64,000 bases of DNA from Escherichia coli (lineage in GTDB: Bacteria > Pseudomonadota > Gammaproteobacteria > Enterobacterales > Enterobacteriaceae): assembly GCF_003018255.1 (NCBI RefSeq), contig NZ_CP027440.1, one strand, 5' to 3'. Made by a program: the position numbers and the translations under genes. Positions 1-10,295 of this stretch are shown piece after piece. Within the stretch, counting starts at the first letter, position 1; each line of letters begins with the position of its first letter. The notes beneath the pieces are model-generated. The model did no database searches and had not been told where the DNA came from. It saw only the letters and a program-made list of their open reading frames with translations.

Positions 1-1
1 A

Positions 2-757
2 ATTATTGAGGATTTAATCGCCCGTAAGGTTAATGCAATTACAATTGTGCCAAACGATGCCAACGTGCTGGAACCGGTATTCAAAAAAGCGCGAGATGCC
101 GGAATTGTGGTTCTGACCAACGAATCCCCCGGTCAGCCAAGTGCTAACTGGGATATCGAAATCATTGATAACGAAAAATTTGCCGCTGAATATGTTGAAC
201 ATATGGCGAAACGCATGGGTGGCAAGGGCGGCTATGTGATTTACGTGGGTAGTTTGACCGTGCCGCAGCATAACTTATGGGCTGACTTGCTGGTGAAATA
301 CCAGAAAGAGCATTACCCGGATATGCATGAAGTTACCCGCCGCATGCCGGTTGCCGAGAGTGTGGATGACTCACGTCGTACCACACTGGACCTGATGAAA
401 ACCTATCCTGACTTGAAAGCGGTTGTCTCCTTTGGTTCAAACGGTCCGATTGGCGCGGGACGTGCAGTGAAAGAGAAACGGGCGAAAAATAAAGTCGCAG
501 TCTATGGCATGATGATCCCTTCACAGGCGGCATCACTGATTAAAAGTGGTGATATCACCGAAGGGATTACTTACGATCCGGCCTCTGCAGGTTACGCACT
601 CGCGGCCGTCGCCAGCACGTTGCTGAAGGGTGAAGAGATCAAACCTGGATTAGAAATGCAGAATCTCGGTAAGGCCGACGTAGATATGGATAAGCGAATT
701 ATCCGTTTCCATAAGGTATTACTGGTCAACAAAGACAATATCGACTCACTTTATTAA
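2..757 (+). CDS. periplasmic sugar-binding protein of an ABC transporter (5' partial; type I periplasmic-binding fold, RbsB/LsrB-like)
   Basis: Reading frame is open from the window edge and in frame with track ORF 47..757; followed directly by a two-domain ABC ATPase and two permeases. Confidence 0.8.
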   Translation: MIEDLIARKVNAITIVPNDANVLEPVFKKARDAGIVVLTNESPGQPSANWDIEIIDNEKFAAEYVEHMAKRMGGKGGYVIYVGSLTVPQHNLWADLLVKYQKEHYPDMHEVTRRMPVAESVDDSRRTTLDLMKTYPDLKAVVSFGSNGPIGAGRAVKEKRAKNKVAVYGMMIPSQAASLIKSGDITEGITYDPASAGYALAAVASTLLKGEEIKPGLEMQNLGKADVDMDKRIIRFHKVLLVNKDNIDSLY

Positions 758-767
758 TCCATTTCTT

Positions 768-783
768 CGGGGCGAAAGCCCCG
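768..783 (+). promoter_or_regulatory. intercistronic stem-loop (cggggcgaaagccccg) between binding-protein gene and ATPase gene
   Basis: Perfect 5-bp GC stem with a 6-nt loop seen in sequence; position typical of hairpins that stabilise the upstream binding-protein transcript. Confidence 0.4.
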
Positions 784-805
784 ATTCTTATTGCCAGGGG
801 ATGCT

Positions 806-2290
806 ATGGAAACCTTCCTTTCCCTTCGTCATATCAACAAAACGTTTCATGCCACGCGAGCGCTGCGCGATGTTTCTCTCGACTTTATGTCGGGTGAGGT
901 GCACTGCCTTGCCGGGCAAAACGGCTGTGGTAAATCGACGTTGATTAAAATTATGTCCGGTGTTTATCGCCCGGATGAGGGGGCGGAAATTACGCTTGGT
1001 GGGAAAAACTGGTCAAAGCTGACACCCGCCGCTTCGGTGGCGCAGGGGATTCAGGTGATTTATCAGGACCTCTCTTTATTTCCTAACCTGAGTGTCTGGG
1101 AGAATATCGCCGTGAATCACTATCACCACGGTCTGTTTGTTAACCGCCGTCGTCTGCGTGAGGTGGCGCAGGCGGCAATGACCAGTATTAACGTCACATT
1201 GCCACTGGATACGCTCGTTTCTGAGCTTTCAATTGCCCGCTGTCAGCTGGTGGCAATTTGCCGTGCACTGGCGCAGGACGCACGGTTGATCGTGATGGAT
1301 GAACCAACCGCTTCGCTGACCCATCAGGAAGTGCAAGGGTTATTACAGGTGGTGCATCAATTGCGGGAACGCGGGATCTGCGTGGTCTTCGTCAGTCATC
1401 GTCTGGAAGAAGTGATGGAAGTTTCCGACCGTATTTCAGTGCTGAAAGATGGTGAGCTGGTCGGGACCTTTCCGGCCGCAGAGATGACCACAAAACAACT
1501 CAGTTTTCTGATGACCGGCCAGGAGTTCGAATATCAGGTACGAGAGTTGTGGCAGGGAAAATCCAGCACCCCGGTGCTGGAGGTGCGTAATTTAAGTCGT
1601 CATGGGGAATATCAAAATATTAACTTGCGGGTGGAAGCGGGCGAAGTGGTGTCGATTGTTGGCCTGCTTGGTGCGGGGCGCACGGAATTATGTCTGAGTC
1701 TGTTTGGTATGACCCGACCGGATGCTGGTGAGATCCTCATCAACGGTCAGCCGGTTACACTGCATAGTAACCAGGACGCCATCCGCCACGGTATTGGTTA
1801 TGTTTCGGAAGATCGCATGTCGCGCGGTTTGGTGATGGCGCAATCTATTGAAGACAACATCATTAGCACTGTTTTTCACAAGGTAAAAGATCGCTTCGGC
1901 TTTCTGAGTGAAGCTAAAGTGCGTGACCTGGTGGACAGGCTAATCAAGGCATTGACCATCAAAGTCTCTGACCCACATCTCCCGGTGAATACGCTTTCCG
2001 GGGGTAACGCGCAGCGAGTATCGATCGCCAAATGGCTGGCGATTGGGCCACGACTGTTGATTCTCGATAGCCCGACTGTCGGTGTTGATATCGCCAACAA
2101 AGCAGGAATATACGGCATTATCAGCGATCTGGCGGCTCATGGCATTGCGGTATTGATGATCTGCGATGAAATTGAAGAAGCGTGGTATCAAAGCCACCGG
2201 ATTTTGGTAATGCAAAAAGGTCAGATCACCCATAGCTTCCTGCCTGACAGCAGTTCTCAGGCCAGGATTGCGGAGGTGGTAAATGGCTGA
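806..2290 (+). CDS. sugar ABC transporter ATP-binding protein with duplicated ABC domains (RbsA/XylG-like)
   Basis: Two Walker A motifs (GQNGCGKST and GLLGAGRTE) and an LSGGNAQR signature; track ORF begins at TTG 791, in-frame ATG at 806 preceded by GGGGA. Confidence 0.85.
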   Translation: METFLSLRHINKTFHATRALRDVSLDFMSGEVHCLAGQNGCGKSTLIKIMSGVYRPDEGAEITLGGKNWSKLTPAASVAQGIQVIYQDLSLFPNLSVWENIAVNHYHHGLFVNRRRLREVAQAAMTSINVTLPLDTLVSELSIARCQLVAICRALAQDARLIVMDEPTASLTHQEVQGLLQVVHQLRERGICVVFVSHRLEEVMEVSDRISVLKDGELVGTFPAAEMTTKQLSFLMTGQEFEYQVRELWQGKSSTPVLEVRNLSRHGEYQNINLRVEAGEVVSIVGLLGAGRTELCLSLFGMTRPDAGEILINGQPVTLHSNQDAIRHGIGYVSEDRMSRGLVMAQSIEDNIISTVFHKVKDRFGFLSEAKVRDLVDRLIKALTIKVSDPHLPVNTLSGGNAQRVSIAKWLAIGPRLLILDSPTVGVDIANKAGIYGIISDLAAHGIAVLMICDEIEEAWYQSHRILVMQKGQITHSFLPDSSSQARIAEVVNG

Positions 2291-3254
2291 ACTGAAAAAA
2301 CGCCATGAATTCTGGCTGGCATTACTGATTGTGGTGCTGTTTGTTGGCCTTGCCTGGCGCAGCGACGAGTTTCTGACATTCGGTAATTTGTACGATCTCG
2401 CCAATAACTATGCCATGTTGACTATTCTCGCCTGTGGTTTGTTTGTGGTGTTAATTTCCGGTGGGATTGATATTTCGTTTCCGGCAATGACCATCATTGC
2501 GCAATACGGCATGGTGCTGTTGCTGCAAAAAATTGGTGGCAACTTTGCTGTTGCGTTTGCCCTGGCGGGCGGCATCGGCATTTTACTTGGCTTAATTAAC
2601 GCCTTACTGGTTAATCGCCTACGGGTGCCTTCTATCATCATCACTATCTCGACGCTGAATATTTTCTATGGCCTGCTGTTATGGTTGAGTAAAGGTGTGT
2701 GGCTGTACGACTTTCCGCCGTGGTTTGAGCAGGGGGTTATGTTGTTCAAGTACACCGATGCTGATGGCTATGACTATGGCCTTGGTCTACCGCTGATCGC
2801 CATGATTACGGTGGTGCTGCTAACAGCGTTTATCATGAATTTCACCAGTGTAGGGCGCAAAATTTATGCCCTTGGCGGGAACCGTGAATCCGCCAGTCGC
2901 ATCGGCTTTAGTGTGCTGAAACTGCAACTTTTCGTCTATGGCTATATGGGATTGATGTCTGGTGCTGCGGGTGTAGTGCAGTCGTGGACGGTGATGACTG
3001 TCGCCCCCGATTCTCTTCTGGGTTATGAGCTGACAGTACTGGCTGCGGTGGTGCTTGGCGGCACTAGTTTGCTCGGCGGGCGCGGCACGTTAACCGGTAC
3101 TTTGCTCGGCGTGGTGTTGTTGGCAGTGATGCAAAACGGGCTAAATTTATTGGGAGTCTCGTCTTACTGGCAAACATTGATCACCGGCATCATCATCGTT
3201 GCCAGCATTAGCGCCACGGCGTGGAGTCAGCATCAGAACCGGAGTCTGCTATGA
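2283..3254 (+). CDS. sugar ABC transporter permease (RbsC/branched-chain family)
   Basis: Hydrophobic multi-TM protein; ATG 2283 lies 5 nt upstream of the ATPase stop, so the two genes overlap by 8 bp. Confidence 0.85.
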   Translation: MAELKKRHEFWLALLIVVLFVGLAWRSDEFLTFGNLYDLANNYAMLTILACGLFVVLISGGIDISFPAMTIIAQYGMVLLLQKIGGNFAVAFALAGGIGILLGLINALLVNRLRVPSIIITISTLNIFYGLLLWLSKGVWLYDFPPWFEQGVMLFKYTDADGYDYGLGLPLIAMITVVLLTAFIMNFTSVGRKIYALGGNRESASRIGFSVLKLQLFVYGYMGLMSGAAGVVQSWTVMTVAPDSLLGYELTVLAAVVLGGTSLLGGRGTLTGTLLGVVLLAVMQNGLNLLGVSSYWQTLITGIIIVASISATAWSQHQNRSLL

Positions 3255-4207
3255 AAAAATCGTGGCGTAACAACGTTGAGTTTTACTTGATCGGCCTGCT
3301 GGTGCTAACTGTTGCAGCCTTCAGCATTACTATGCCGGAGATTTTCTGGTCGATAAGTAATTTCCAGTCCGTCGCTTCGCAAATGCCCGTGCTGGGCATT
3401 CTGGCGTTGGCTATGGCGGTGACCATGCTTTGCGGTGGCATTAACTTGTCAATTATAGCCACTGCTAACGCCTGTTCACTGGTGATGGCGTGGGTGGCGA
3501 CTCAGTATCCACCGGGTATTGCTACGGTTGTCGCTACGCTGCTGGCGGGCGCTGGCGCGGCGGTGATAATCGGTTTATGTAACGGCGTATTGATTGCTGG
3601 TATTCGAGTGTCGCCAATTCTTGCAACACTCGGGATGATGACGTTGCTCAAAGGGGTAAATATTCTGGTGACAGGCGGTAGCGCCATTGCCAATTATCCC
3701 TCATGGGTGCTGTGGTTGAATCATGCACAGTGGTTCGGTATTCCGCTACCGATGTGGTTGTTTACCGCAGTGGCGCTGGGGCTGTGGATATTGCTGGAGA
3801 AAACGCCGCTCGGTAAATCCATTTATCTGATTGGTTCTAACGAACGAGCAACACTTTACTCCGGTATTAACACTCGTCGGGTGCTGATATGGGTGTATGT
3901 CATTTCCGCCTTGCTTTGTGCGGTAGCGGCATTTTTGATGATGTCGAAACTCAACTCGGCTAAGGCCTCTTATGGCGAATCGTACTTGCTGGTGTCAATC
4001 CTCGCGGCAGTACTCGGCGGGGTTAATCCGGACGGCGGCAGCGGGCGGATAATTGGTATGGTGCTGGCGCTGTTTCTTCTGCAAATTATTGAAAGCGGCT
4101 TCAATATTCTCGGTATAAGCCCCTACCTGACGATGGCCTTATGGGGAACGTTGCTGCTCTGTTTCATTCAGGCTCGCGGCATGTTAGGGCTGGATCGGGT
4201 GGTTTAA
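3251..4207 (+). CDS. sugar ABC transporter permease, second subunit
   Basis: ATGA start/stop overlap with the upstream permease at 3251-3254, GGAG 7 nt upstream; track ORF starts at GTG 3221. Confidence 0.8.
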   Translation: MKKSWRNNVEFYLIGLLVLTVAAFSITMPEIFWSISNFQSVASQMPVLGILALAMAVTMLCGGINLSIIATANACSLVMAWVATQYPPGIATVVATLLAGAGAAVIIGLCNGVLIAGIRVSPILATLGMMTLLKGVNILVTGGSAIANYPSWVLWLNHAQWFGIPLPMWLFTAVALGLWILLEKTPLGKSIYLIGSNERATLYSGINTRRVLIWVYVISALLCAVAAFLMMSKLNSAKASYGESYLLVSILAAVLGGVNPDGGSGRIIGMVLALFLLQIIESGFNILGISPYLTMALWGTLLLCFIQARGMLGLDRVV

Positions 4208-4293
4208 ATATTGGCTATATTCAATGGACGCGTTTTGCCGCGATGACATATCAGGCATCGCCAAATACACATAGCTAATCAGGAGTAAACACA

Positions 4294-5343
4294 ATGAAGA
4301 TCAAAGCTGTTGGTGCATATTCCGCTAAACAACCACTTGAACCGATGGATATCACCCGGCGTGAACCGCGACCGCATGATGTCAAAATCGAAATCGCTTA
4401 CTGTGGCGTCTGCCATTCCGATCTCCACCAGGTCCGTTCGGAGTGGGCGGGGACGGTTTACCCCTGCGTGCCGGGTCATGAAATTGTGGGGCGCGTGGTA
4501 GCTGTTGGTGATCAGGTAGAAAAATATGCGCCGGGCGATCTGGTTGGTGTCGGCTGCATTGTCGACAGTTGTAAACATTGCGAAGAGTGTGAAGACGGGC
4601 TGGAAAACTACTGTGATCACATGACCGGCACCTATAACTCGCCGACGCCGGACGAACCGGGCCATACTCTGGGCGGCTACTCACAACAGATCGTCGTTCA
4701 TGAGCGATATGTTCTGCGTATTCGTCACCCGCAAGAGCACCTGGCGGCGGTGGCTCCTTTGTTGTGTGCAGGGATCACCACATACTCGCCGCTACGTCAC
4801 TGGCAGGCCGGGCCGGGTAAAAAAGTGGGCGTGGTCGGCATCGGCGGTCTGGGACATATGGGGATCAAGCTGGCCCACGCGATGGGGGCGCATGTGGTGG
4901 CATTTACCACTTCTGAGTCAAAACGCGAAGCGGCAAAAGCCCTGGGGGCCGATGAAGTTGTTAACTCACGCAATGCCGATGAGATGGCGGCTCATCTCAA
5001 GAGTTTCGATTTCATTTTGAATACAGTAGCTGCGCCACATAATCTCGACGATTTTACCACCTTGCTGAAGCGTGATGGCACCATGACGCTGGTTGGTGCG
5101 CCTGCGACACCGCATAAATCGCCGGAAGTTTTCAACCTGATCATGAAACGCCGCGCGATAGCCGGCTCTATGATTGGCGGCATTCCAGAAACACAGGAGA
5201 TGCTCGATTTTTGCGCCGAACATGGCATCGTGGCTGATATAGAGATGATTCGGGCCGATCAAATTAATGAAGCCTATGAGCGAATGCTGCGTGGTGATGT
5301 GAAATATCGTTTTGTTATCGATAATCGCACACTAACAGACTGA
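4294..5343 (+). CDS. yahK: NADPH-dependent aldehyde reductase, zinc-type alcohol dehydrogenase family
   Basis: 349 aa; GHEIVGRV zinc-ADH motif and GxGxxG (GIGGLGHMG); AGGAGT RBS upstream; matches my recollection of E. coli YahK. Confidence 0.9.
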   Translation: MKIKAVGAYSAKQPLEPMDITRREPRPHDVKIEIAYCGVCHSDLHQVRSEWAGTVYPCVPGHEIVGRVVAVGDQVEKYAPGDLVGVGCIVDSCKHCEECEDGLENYCDHMTGTYNSPTPDEPGHTLGGYSQQIVVHERYVLRIRHPQEHLAAVAPLLCAGITTYSPLRHWQAGPGKKVGVVGIGGLGHMGIKLAHAMGAHVVAFTTSESKREAAKALGADEVVNSRNADEMAAHLKSFDFILNTVAAPHNLDDFTTLLKRDGTMTLVGAPATPHKSPEVFNLIMKRRAIAGSMIGGIPETQEMLDFCAEHGIVADIEMIRADQINEAYERMLRGDVKYRFVIDNRTLTD

Positions 5344-5778
5344 AAAAATTAATAAACATCCTGTGGTTTAACATATTAACTTCGCTCCACTTAACTTTTT
5401 AGTTAAGGAGAGCGAAATAATATCAAAGTAGTGGTAAACCTATAGCGTAAATTCAGATTGTTAAATTAACTCCACTACTTTACACGTTAGTTATGAGCGA
5501 TTTCTGATAGTGTCTGGTTTAATCAGAGCTTTATTATCTGCGACGTTTATTTTTATTTAATAGAGCCACCTGCAAGTTGTTATTCCACCAGAGAGTGAAT
5601 CGCAAAGCAGGTAATCATTTCATCTGTATATCTGTATGCCAACTGGCATTCCATCTCTTTTTTCGCCGATATTTTGTTGTGATCGGCGACACTTCGCTTA
5701 AAAAAGCATCAGCAGTGGTTTCGCAGCTATGCGGTGTATAAAAAATGATCTCATGCAGATGTTTTGTGAATGTGTGGG

Positions 5779-5806
5779 TTGACATTCATATGAAAAAAAT
5801 CATAAT
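5779..5806 (+). promoter_or_regulatory. candidate sigma70 promoter (TTGACA, 16-bp spacer, CATAAT) pointing toward yahM
   Basis: Near-consensus -35 and -10 hexamers seen in sequence inside a 620-bp AT-rich non-coding spacer. Confidence 0.3.
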
Positions 5807-5964
5807 TCCATCATGTTTGTGTGGGGTCTTTTCTGTATCTTACGCATCGCACTCAAGCCTGACAGAAAATATGCTGTAAGGCTCATATCAAAAACCGCCA
5901 TTAGCTCATCAGGAAGAGCAGACGACAACCAGGATTGTTGTATGGTACGGGGTTCGAGGCCTCG

Positions 5965-6210
5965 ATGGCGGTCCAGCTTTTCAAAACTCTTCTGAATCAG
6001 ATCCCCTTATTATCATTCCTGCAAAGTGGAACATTGCCATTGTTTGGCTATTCAGGACGGGTCAGACCAATGAAAAAAGCCCACACAGGGGAGAGTGGGC
6101 TGAAATGGGAAGCTAAAGACTCAAGTAAACTTATCGGAAATAAGGACCACGCATTACGGGGGCTATCATCGCCGATGGTCGGGATTCGGCAAATCAGGTT
6201 GATTACGTAG
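5965..6210 (+). CDS. yahM: small protein YahM
   Basis: 81-aa ORF from ATG 5965 (GAGG 7 nt upstream) inside track ORF 5935..6210 (TTG start); the 16-bp gap to the convergent yahN matches the K-12 layout as I recall it. Confidence 0.55.
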   Translation: MAVQLFKTLLNQIPLLSFLQSGTLPLFGYSGRVRPMKKAHTGESGLKWEAKDSSKLIGNKDHALRGLSSPMVGIRQIRLIT

Positions 6211-6226
6211 AGAGTAAATTATCTGC

Positions 6227-6898
6227 TCACCGCTGCGTCACCCCTTCGTAAATCAGGCGTAGCGCGAATACACCAATAATTGCACCAATAACCCGACTGG
6301 CAACGCGTTGCATACGCCCATAAGCACGACGCACTGCGGGCAAAGAAAACGCCTGACTAAGAAAAACGCGCCAGATAACTGATGCGAGCACAATCCCCGC
6401 CCAGGCCATTAAACGTGCCCATGTTGGTGTTTCGGCATTTAATGTTACTGAGAAAATACTAATAAAAAATAAAACGGTTTGCGGGTTAGAGAGATCGGTA
6501 ATTAATCCGCGACGAAAAAAGACATACCAGGGGGCGTTAATCGGTTGTTGTAGTGTGCTCATTTGCGGTGTTGACTGGCGGCGCATGCTGCACCACGCAA
6601 ACCATAAGAGATAAGCGCCGCCGACGATTCTGATAAGCGAAAAAATCTCCTCACACTGCGTAATTAGCGTTGCAAGACCAAACAAACCCAACCCGGAATA
6701 AAATGCATCGCCCAGCGCCACGCCCAGTCCGGTCAGCACTCCTGCGCGTCGACCGGAAGCCAGGCTGGTTTGTACTACCACAAAGAGATTGGCTCCCGGA
6801 TTAAAAAAAGTAATCACGAACAGTCCTACGGTCAGGTAAACGGCGTGCAAAGGATCCATAGTGATTTCATCCATAAATAAGTGAACTAACTGCATCAT
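6227..6898 (-). CDS. yahN: LysE/RhtB-family amino-acid exporter
   Basis: 223-aa hydrophobic protein matching E. coli YahN. Confidence 0.9.
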   Translation of the reverse strand: MMQLVHLFMDEITMDPLHAVYLTVGLFVITFFNPGANLFVVVQTSLASGRRAGVLTGLGVALGDAFYSGLGLFGLATLITQCEEIFSLIRIVGGAYLLWFAWCSMRRQSTPQMSTLQQPINAPWYVFFRRGLITDLSNPQTVLFFISIFSVTLNAETPTWARLMAWAGIVLASVIWRVFLSQAFSLPAVRRAYGRMQRVASRVIGAIIGVFALRLIYEGVTQR

Positions 6899-7044
6899 AT
6901 TTCTACGAAAAATAATCGGGTGCGAGAGAGATCACAAAGTGTCTTATTTCCGGTTACTGGCGTTTATGCCCTGACTGAACTAATTATTAATCAACCCAAT
7001 AATGTGGGTGGGTGATAGTGTGAAAACAACTCTGGAGCCGTAAT

Positions 7045-7320
7045 ATGAAAATAATCTCTAAAATGTTAGTTGGTGCGTTAGCGTTTGCCGTTACCAATGT
7101 CTATGCCGCAGAATTAATGACCAAAGCGGAATTTGAAAAGGTTGCATCGCAATATGAAAAAATAGGTGATATTTCAACCAGTAATGAAATGTCGACCGCA
7201 GATGCGAAAGAAGATTTGATCAAAAAAGCCGATGAAAAAGGGGCTGATGTGTTGGTACTGACCTCTGGTCAAACTGACAATAAGATCCACGGCACGGCAA
7301 ATATTTATAAGAAGAAGTAA
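7045..7320 (+). CDS. yahO: periplasmic DUF1471 (YhcN-family) protein
   Basis: 91 aa with N-terminal signal peptide ([21 protein letters not shown]); GGAG RBS upstream. Confidence 0.9.
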   Translation: MKIISKMLVGALAFAVTNVYAAELMTKAEFEKVASQYEKIGDISTSNEMSTADAKEDLIKKADEKGADVLVLTSGQTDNKIHGTANIYKKK

Positions 7321-7387
7321 TTCTGAATCCTATGTAAACATCCCCGATGCGTAAGTTTATCGGTGATCATCATCTATTGAAATTTAT

Positions 7388-7420
7388 GCCGGATAAAGCG
7401 TTCGCGCTGCATTCGGCAGT
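7388..7420. repeat. REP (repetitive extragenic palindrome) element
   Basis: gccggataaagcg...cgctgcattcggca palindrome between convergent yahO and prpR. Confidence 0.6.
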
Positions 7421-9007
7421 TCAGCTTTTCAGCCGCCGCCAGAACGTCGTCCGGCTGATACCTAAATAATTCGCCGCTGCTGTTTTATCGCCATTAAATT
7501 TTTCCAGTGCCTGTTGTGCTGTCAGCAAGCCTGGAATGGGAGTCTTCGCCGACTCGCGTGCCAGTTCCGGCAGTAGCAGCTGCAAAAATTGCGGCGTTAA
7601 ATCCGGCGTCGATTCCACACTTAAAAACAGCGCCAGTCGTTCCATCATATTGCGCAGTTCACGAATATTGCCCGGCCAGTCGTAGTGCACCAGCATGGTT
7701 TCGCTTGCCTGTAACCCCTGGCGTAATGCGGCAGCAAACGGGGCGGAGAGCGCCGCCAGAGACACTTTCAAAAAGCTTTCCGCCAGCGGCAGAATATCCG
7801 CCACCCGCTCGCGCAGTGGTGGCAATTGCAGACGCAAAATACTCAGCCGATAAAACAGATCACGGCGAAACTGCCCTTGCCGCATATCTTCTTCCAGATT
7901 GCAGTGAGTGGCGCTAATGATTCGCACATCCACCGGAACAGGCTGATGCCCGCCGACGCGGGTGACCTCTTTTTCTTCCAGCACCCGCAGCAGCCGAGTC
8001 TGCAACGGCAGCGGCATTTCGCCTATCTCGTCAAGAAACAGCGTGCCACCGTGGGCGATTTCGAACAGCCCGGCGCGACCTCCGCGTCGCGAGCCGGTAA
8101 ACGCCCCTTCCTCATAGCCAAACAGCTCCGCTTCCAGCAGCGATTCGGCAATCGCTCCGCAGTTGACGGCAACAAACGGATGCGACTTTTTGCCCTGTCG
8201 CGCATCGTGGCGGGCAAAATATTCCCGATGAATCGCCTGGGCCGCCAGCTCTTTGCCCGTCCCCGTTTCCCCCTCAATCAACACCGCCGCACTGGAGCGG
8301 GCATACAGCAAAATAGTCTGCCGCACCTGTTCCATCTGTGGTGATTGACCGAGCATATCGCCCAGCACGTAACGAGTACGCAGGGCGTTACGGGTAGCAT
8401 CGTGAGTGTTATGGCGTAACGACATGCGCGTCATATCCAGCGCATCGCTGAACGCCTGGCGCACGGTGGCGGCGGAATAGATAAAAATTCCGGTCATTCC
8501 GGCTTCTTCTGCCAGATCGGTAATCAGCCCCGCGCCGACCACCGCTTCGGTGCCGTTGGCTTTCAGCTCGTTAATCTGCCCGCGCGCGTCTTCTTCGGTA
8601 ATGTAGCTACGTTGATCGAGGCGCAAATTAAAGGTTTTTTGAAACGCCACCAGTGCCGGAATAGTTTCCTGATAAGTGACAACGCCGATAGAAGAGGTGA
8701 GCTTTCCGGCTTTTGCCAGAGCCTGTAACACATCGTAGCCGCTCGGTTTAATCAAAATAACCGGCACTGACAGGCGACTTTTAAGATATGCGCCGTTAGA
8801 GCCAGCAGCGATGATGGCGTCGCAGCGTTCGTTTGCCAGTTTTTTGCGGATGTAGGTCACCGCTTTTTCAAAGCCAAGCTGAATAGGGGTGATATTCGCC
8901 AGGTGATCAAACTCGAGACTGATATCGCGAAACAGCTCGAACAGCCGCGTTACAGATACCGTCCAGATCACCGGTTTGTCGTCATTCAGCCGTGGTGGAT
9001 GTGCCAT
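7421..9007 (-). CDS. prpR: sigma54-dependent transcriptional activator of the propionate operon
   Basis: 528 aa from ATG at 9005-9007 (N-terminus MAHPPRLND); central AAA+ domain ([14 protein letters not shown]) and C-terminal HTH; track ORF extends 4 codons further upstream. Confidence 0.95.
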   Translation of the reverse strand: MAHPPRLNDDKPVIWTVSVTRLFELFRDISLEFDHLANITPIQLGFEKAVTYIRKKLANERCDAIIAAGSNGAYLKSRLSVPVILIKPSGYDVLQALAKAGKLTSSIGVVTYQETIPALVAFQKTFNLRLDQRSYITEEDARGQINELKANGTEAVVGAGLITDLAEEAGMTGIFIYSAATVRQAFSDALDMTRMSLRHNTHDATRNALRTRYVLGDMLGQSPQMEQVRQTILLYARSSAAVLIEGETGTGKELAAQAIHREYFARHDARQGKKSHPFVAVNCGAIAESLLEAELFGYEEGAFTGSRRGGRAGLFEIAHGGTLFLDEIGEMPLPLQTRLLRVLEEKEVTRVGGHQPVPVDVRIISATHCNLEEDMRQGQFRRDLFYRLSILRLQLPPLRERVADILPLAESFLKVSLAALSAPFAAALRQGLQASETMLVHYDWPGNIRELRNMMERLALFLSVESTPDLTPQFLQLLLPELARESAKTPIPGLLTAQQALEKFNGDKTAAANYLGISRTTFWRRLKS

Positions 9008-9050
9008 AGCGCACCGCAAAGTTAAGAAACCGAATATTGGGTTTAGTCTT

Positions 9051-9107
9051 GTTTCATAATTGTTGCAATGAAACGCGGTGAAACATTGCCTGAAACGTTA
9101 ACTGAAA
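9051..9107. promoter_or_regulatory. enhancer-like repeats: inverted repeat GTTTCAT-N9-ATGAAAC followed by three further TGAAAC direct repeats at 10-12 bp spacing
   Basis: Seen in sequence between prpR and the prpB sigma54 promoter; consistent with an activator (PrpR) upstream binding region. Confidence 0.5.
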
Positions 9108-9183
9108 CGCATATTTGCGAATTACTTCATGACTATATTGCTAACAAATTGAAATTAAACATTTAATTTTATTCAGTCAATTG

Positions 9184-9198
9184 TGGCACACCCCTTGC
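9184..9198 (+). promoter_or_regulatory. sigma54 (-24/-12) promoter of prpBCDE: TGGCAC-N5-TTGC
   Basis: Exact match to the sigma54 consensus spacing, 48 bp upstream of the prpB ATG and divergent from prpR. Confidence 0.8.
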
Positions 9199-9245
9199 TT
9201 TGTGTTTATCAACGCAAATAACAAGTTGATAACAAAGGATGGGCT

Positions 9246-10136
9246 ATGTCTCTACACTCTCCAGGTAAAGCGTTTCGCGCTGCACTGTCTAAAGAAAATC
9301 CATTGCAGATTGTTGGCACCATCAACGCTAACCATGCGCTGCTGGCGCAGCGTGCCGGATATCAGGCAATTTATCTCTCCGGCGGTGGCGTGGCGGCAGG
9401 GTCGCTGGGGCTGCCCGATCTCGGTATTTCTACTCTTGATGACGTGCTGACAGATATTCGCCGTATCACCGACGTTTGTTCGCTGCCGCTGCTGGTGGAT
9501 GCGGATATCGGTTTTGGTTCTTCTGCTTTTAACGTGGCGCGCACCGTGAAATCGATGATTAAAGCCGGTGCGGCAGGATTGCATATTGAAGATCAGGTTG
9601 GTGCGAAACGCTGCGGTCATCGTCCGAATAAAGCGATCGTCTCGAAAGAAGAGATGGTGGATCGGATCCGCGCGGCGGTGGATGCGAAAACCGATCCTGA
9701 TTTTGTGATCATGGCGCGCACCGATGCGCTGGCGGTAGAGGGGCTGGATGCGGCGATTGAGCGTGCGCAGGCCTATGTTGAAGCGGGTGCCGAGATGTTG
9801 TTCCCGGAGGCAATTACCGAACTCGCCATGTACCGCCAGTTTGCCGATGCGGTGCAGGTGCCGATCCTCGCCAACATCACCGAATTTGGCGCAACACCGC
9901 TGTTTACCACCGACGAATTACGCAGCGCCCATGTCGCAATGGCGCTGTACCCACTTTCAGCGTTCCGCGCCATGAACCGCGCCGCTGAGCATGTCTACAA
10001 CGTCCTGCGTCAGGAAGGGACGCAGAAAAGCGTCATCGACACCATGCAGACCCGCAACGAGCTGTACGAAAGCATCAACTACTACCAGTACGAAGAGAAG
10101 CTCGACGACCTGTTTGCCCGTGGTCAGGTGAAATAA
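9246..10136 (+). CDS. prpB: 2-methylisocitrate lyase
   Basis: 296 aa; PEP-mutase/isocitrate-lyase family; first gene of the prp operon. Confidence 0.95.
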   Translation: MSLHSPGKAFRAALSKENPLQIVGTINANHALLAQRAGYQAIYLSGGGVAAGSLGLPDLGISTLDDVLTDIRRITDVCSLPLLVDADIGFGSSAFNVARTVKSMIKAGAAGLHIEDQVGAKRCGHRPNKAIVSKEEMVDRIRAAVDAKTDPDFVIMARTDALAVEGLDAAIERAQAYVEAGAEMLFPEAITELAMYRQFADAVQVPILANITEFGATPLFTTDELRSAHVAMALYPLSAFRAMNRAAEHVYNVLRQEGTQKSVIDTMQTRNELYESINYYQYEEKLDDLFARGQVK

Positions 10137-10165
10137 AAACGCCCGTTGGTTGTATTCGACAACCG

Positions 10166-10256
10166 ATGCCTGATGCGCCGCTGACGCGACTTATCAGGCC
10201 TACGAGGTGAACTGAACTGTAGGTCGGATAAGACGCATAGCGTCGCATCCGACAAC
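10166..10256. repeat. REP pair (BIME) in the prpB-prpC intergenic region
   Basis: gcctgatgcgccgctgacgcgacttatcaggcctac ... gtaggtcggataagacgcatagcgtcgcatccgaca palindromes. Confidence 0.8.
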
Positions 10257-10295
10257 AATCTCGACCCTACAAATGATAACAATGACGAGGATAAT

